Below are positions 62,774 through 64,000 of a stretch of 64,000 nt of DNA, piece after piece. Numbering within the stretch: position 1 is the first letter of the stretch; every line of letters begins with the position of its first letter. The translations under genes were made by a program, and so were the position numbers. The DNA comes from Psammoneis japonica (Eukaryota): NCBI GenBank assembly GCA_008632985.1, contig QPGO01000283.1, positions 1-64,000 of the forward strand. Direction: 5' to 3'. The notes below the pieces were generated by a model that did no database searches, was not told the origin of the DNA, and saw nothing but the letters and a program-made list of their open reading frames with translations.

Positions 62774-64000
62774 TGACAGGATTTGAACAGGATTTAGGTG
62801 CGCGCGAAATGTCGCGCGCTGTTTAGTTTACCGCGCACAGTTTTGTGTGCTTTGGTTCCGCGCGTTCGCGCGCGATGTAGTTTGCTTTCGAGCCACAAGG
62901 CTCACAAGAATAATGACAGTAGCCCGATTATACCGACTTACACGTCTTTCGGCTCCTGCAACGGTCTCTGAGCGGAGACTCATCTGCCATGTAGACAGCA
63001 GCAAGGAGTTGTTGTTTGAATTCTTGCCATTTGCCTTCAATTTCTGTCAGATTAACAGTCTTGCTCATTGTCAACCCATTGAGCAACCGCCATCGTCGTC
63101 GTTGATTTACCGACGACGCTATTTCAATTCTGCGTGGACCTCCGTGTGTGTTCTACATACATCGGCAAGTTTACGTGCGTTCAACACCAGGCATCGGCAG
63201 GAATTTAACGTCACCGTCAAGTCTCCTTACCGCTGGATGTCTGGATTGATTGTGCCACCTTTGATCGCTGAAGACATGCATCAACGGTCATATCCAAGTC
63301 TATCCTTGATCCTCATCCCTTGACACACCCATTCAATGGTTAACGGTCAAGAACCCTACATATTCAAGGATCTTCGTCGCTGAAGACACACATGTGTACA
63401 TGTCTTCACGGCCAAGGACTTGAACCCACCCTTTGGACTGCGGCTTTGCCACCACTCTACAAGCACGCCGAGTCTATTGTACCTGATCTACCCCGGACCA
63501 CTGGTGCTCTACAGTTCTACTAGGTCCACGAGGACAACTGTGAGAGCAAGCAGCCGTGATTGCAGCCTACGTTGGGGCGAGGGTGTTTTCCCGCGTTTGT
63601 TCGTTCGTCCACAGCGCCTAACGCCTACGTCAACTGGCCAGCCTGATCGGGAAATCCAACCGACATAAAATAAGAACGGTTCGGGGGTCTTGTCCACCTC
63701 TAGTCAGCTTACCTGCAGGGGGTTTACAACCCGCTACTCCGCTCATAAGCAACCCAAAGCGCCACTGGCTGCGGGTGCGGACGTGCCGGCACAACTCTAC
63801 GGACCGGATAGGAAGTTTAGCACTTGACAACGAACGGGATAGCAAAGCCCAGCGACTTCTGATTTTAAGGTAGTTCAAGATTTCAAGTCAAGTCTATTTC
63901 AAGTCAAGTCTATTCTCACCCAAGTTTCAAGTCTACCTTCACCACCTTCGCTTCCCAACAAGAATTGCTTGTCCTGACACCACTTTTGTCTGCCATGGTT
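62774..64000 (+). mobile_element. 5' end of a young Copia (LTR 62774-63049, PBS, 5' UTR, gag ATG at 63995), running off the window
   Basis: Highly similar to 23106-24328. Confidence 0.95.

Noticed and set aside
1..64000. Hundreds of overlapping Cys/His/Met-rich ORFs in all six frames
   Set aside because: A by-product of TA loss, which removes TAA/TAG stops and enriches TG/CA codons. They are not genes or metal-binding proteins.
1..64000. Classical fungal RIP, or ADAR/APOBEC editing, as the cause of the decay
   Set aside because: RIP creates TpA rather than removing it. RNA or cDNA editing would be strand-biased, limited to retroelements and would not produce reciprocal TG/CA differences between two LTRs.
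1..64000. Alternative genetic code (TGY/CAY read as Tyr)
   Set aside because: Protected segments of the same ORFs use normal TAY codons, and the non-coding LTRs show the same changes.

Overview
Eukaryotic transposon graveyard with no recognisable host gene. The Copia gag/pol types resemble diatom CoDi elements, so a diatom or other stramenopile source is inferred. Most of the window resolves into nested mobile elements: three Ty3/Gypsy LTR elements, one complete Copia plus three partial relatives, another complete Copia nested in an older Copia gag, a 5.1-kb TIR DNA transposon with a RAG1/Transib-type catalytic core and a convergent second ORF, a Plavaka-like DNA transposon and a 290-bp piggyBac-like MITE. 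Most LTR pairs, TSDs, PPTs and two kinds of half-tRNA PBS can be read directly. The most striking signal is a strand-symmetric, post-insertion hypermutation of TpA to TpG/CpA (A-to-G, apparently favouring 5'-TAY-3'). It converts conserved Tyr codons to Cys/His in retroelements and DNA transposons alike, runs ahead of CpG decay, and spares sharply bounded islands of about 1.2 kb. It looks like a reversed RIP-type genome-defence process. All observations are by eye; no counts, alignments or database searches were run.
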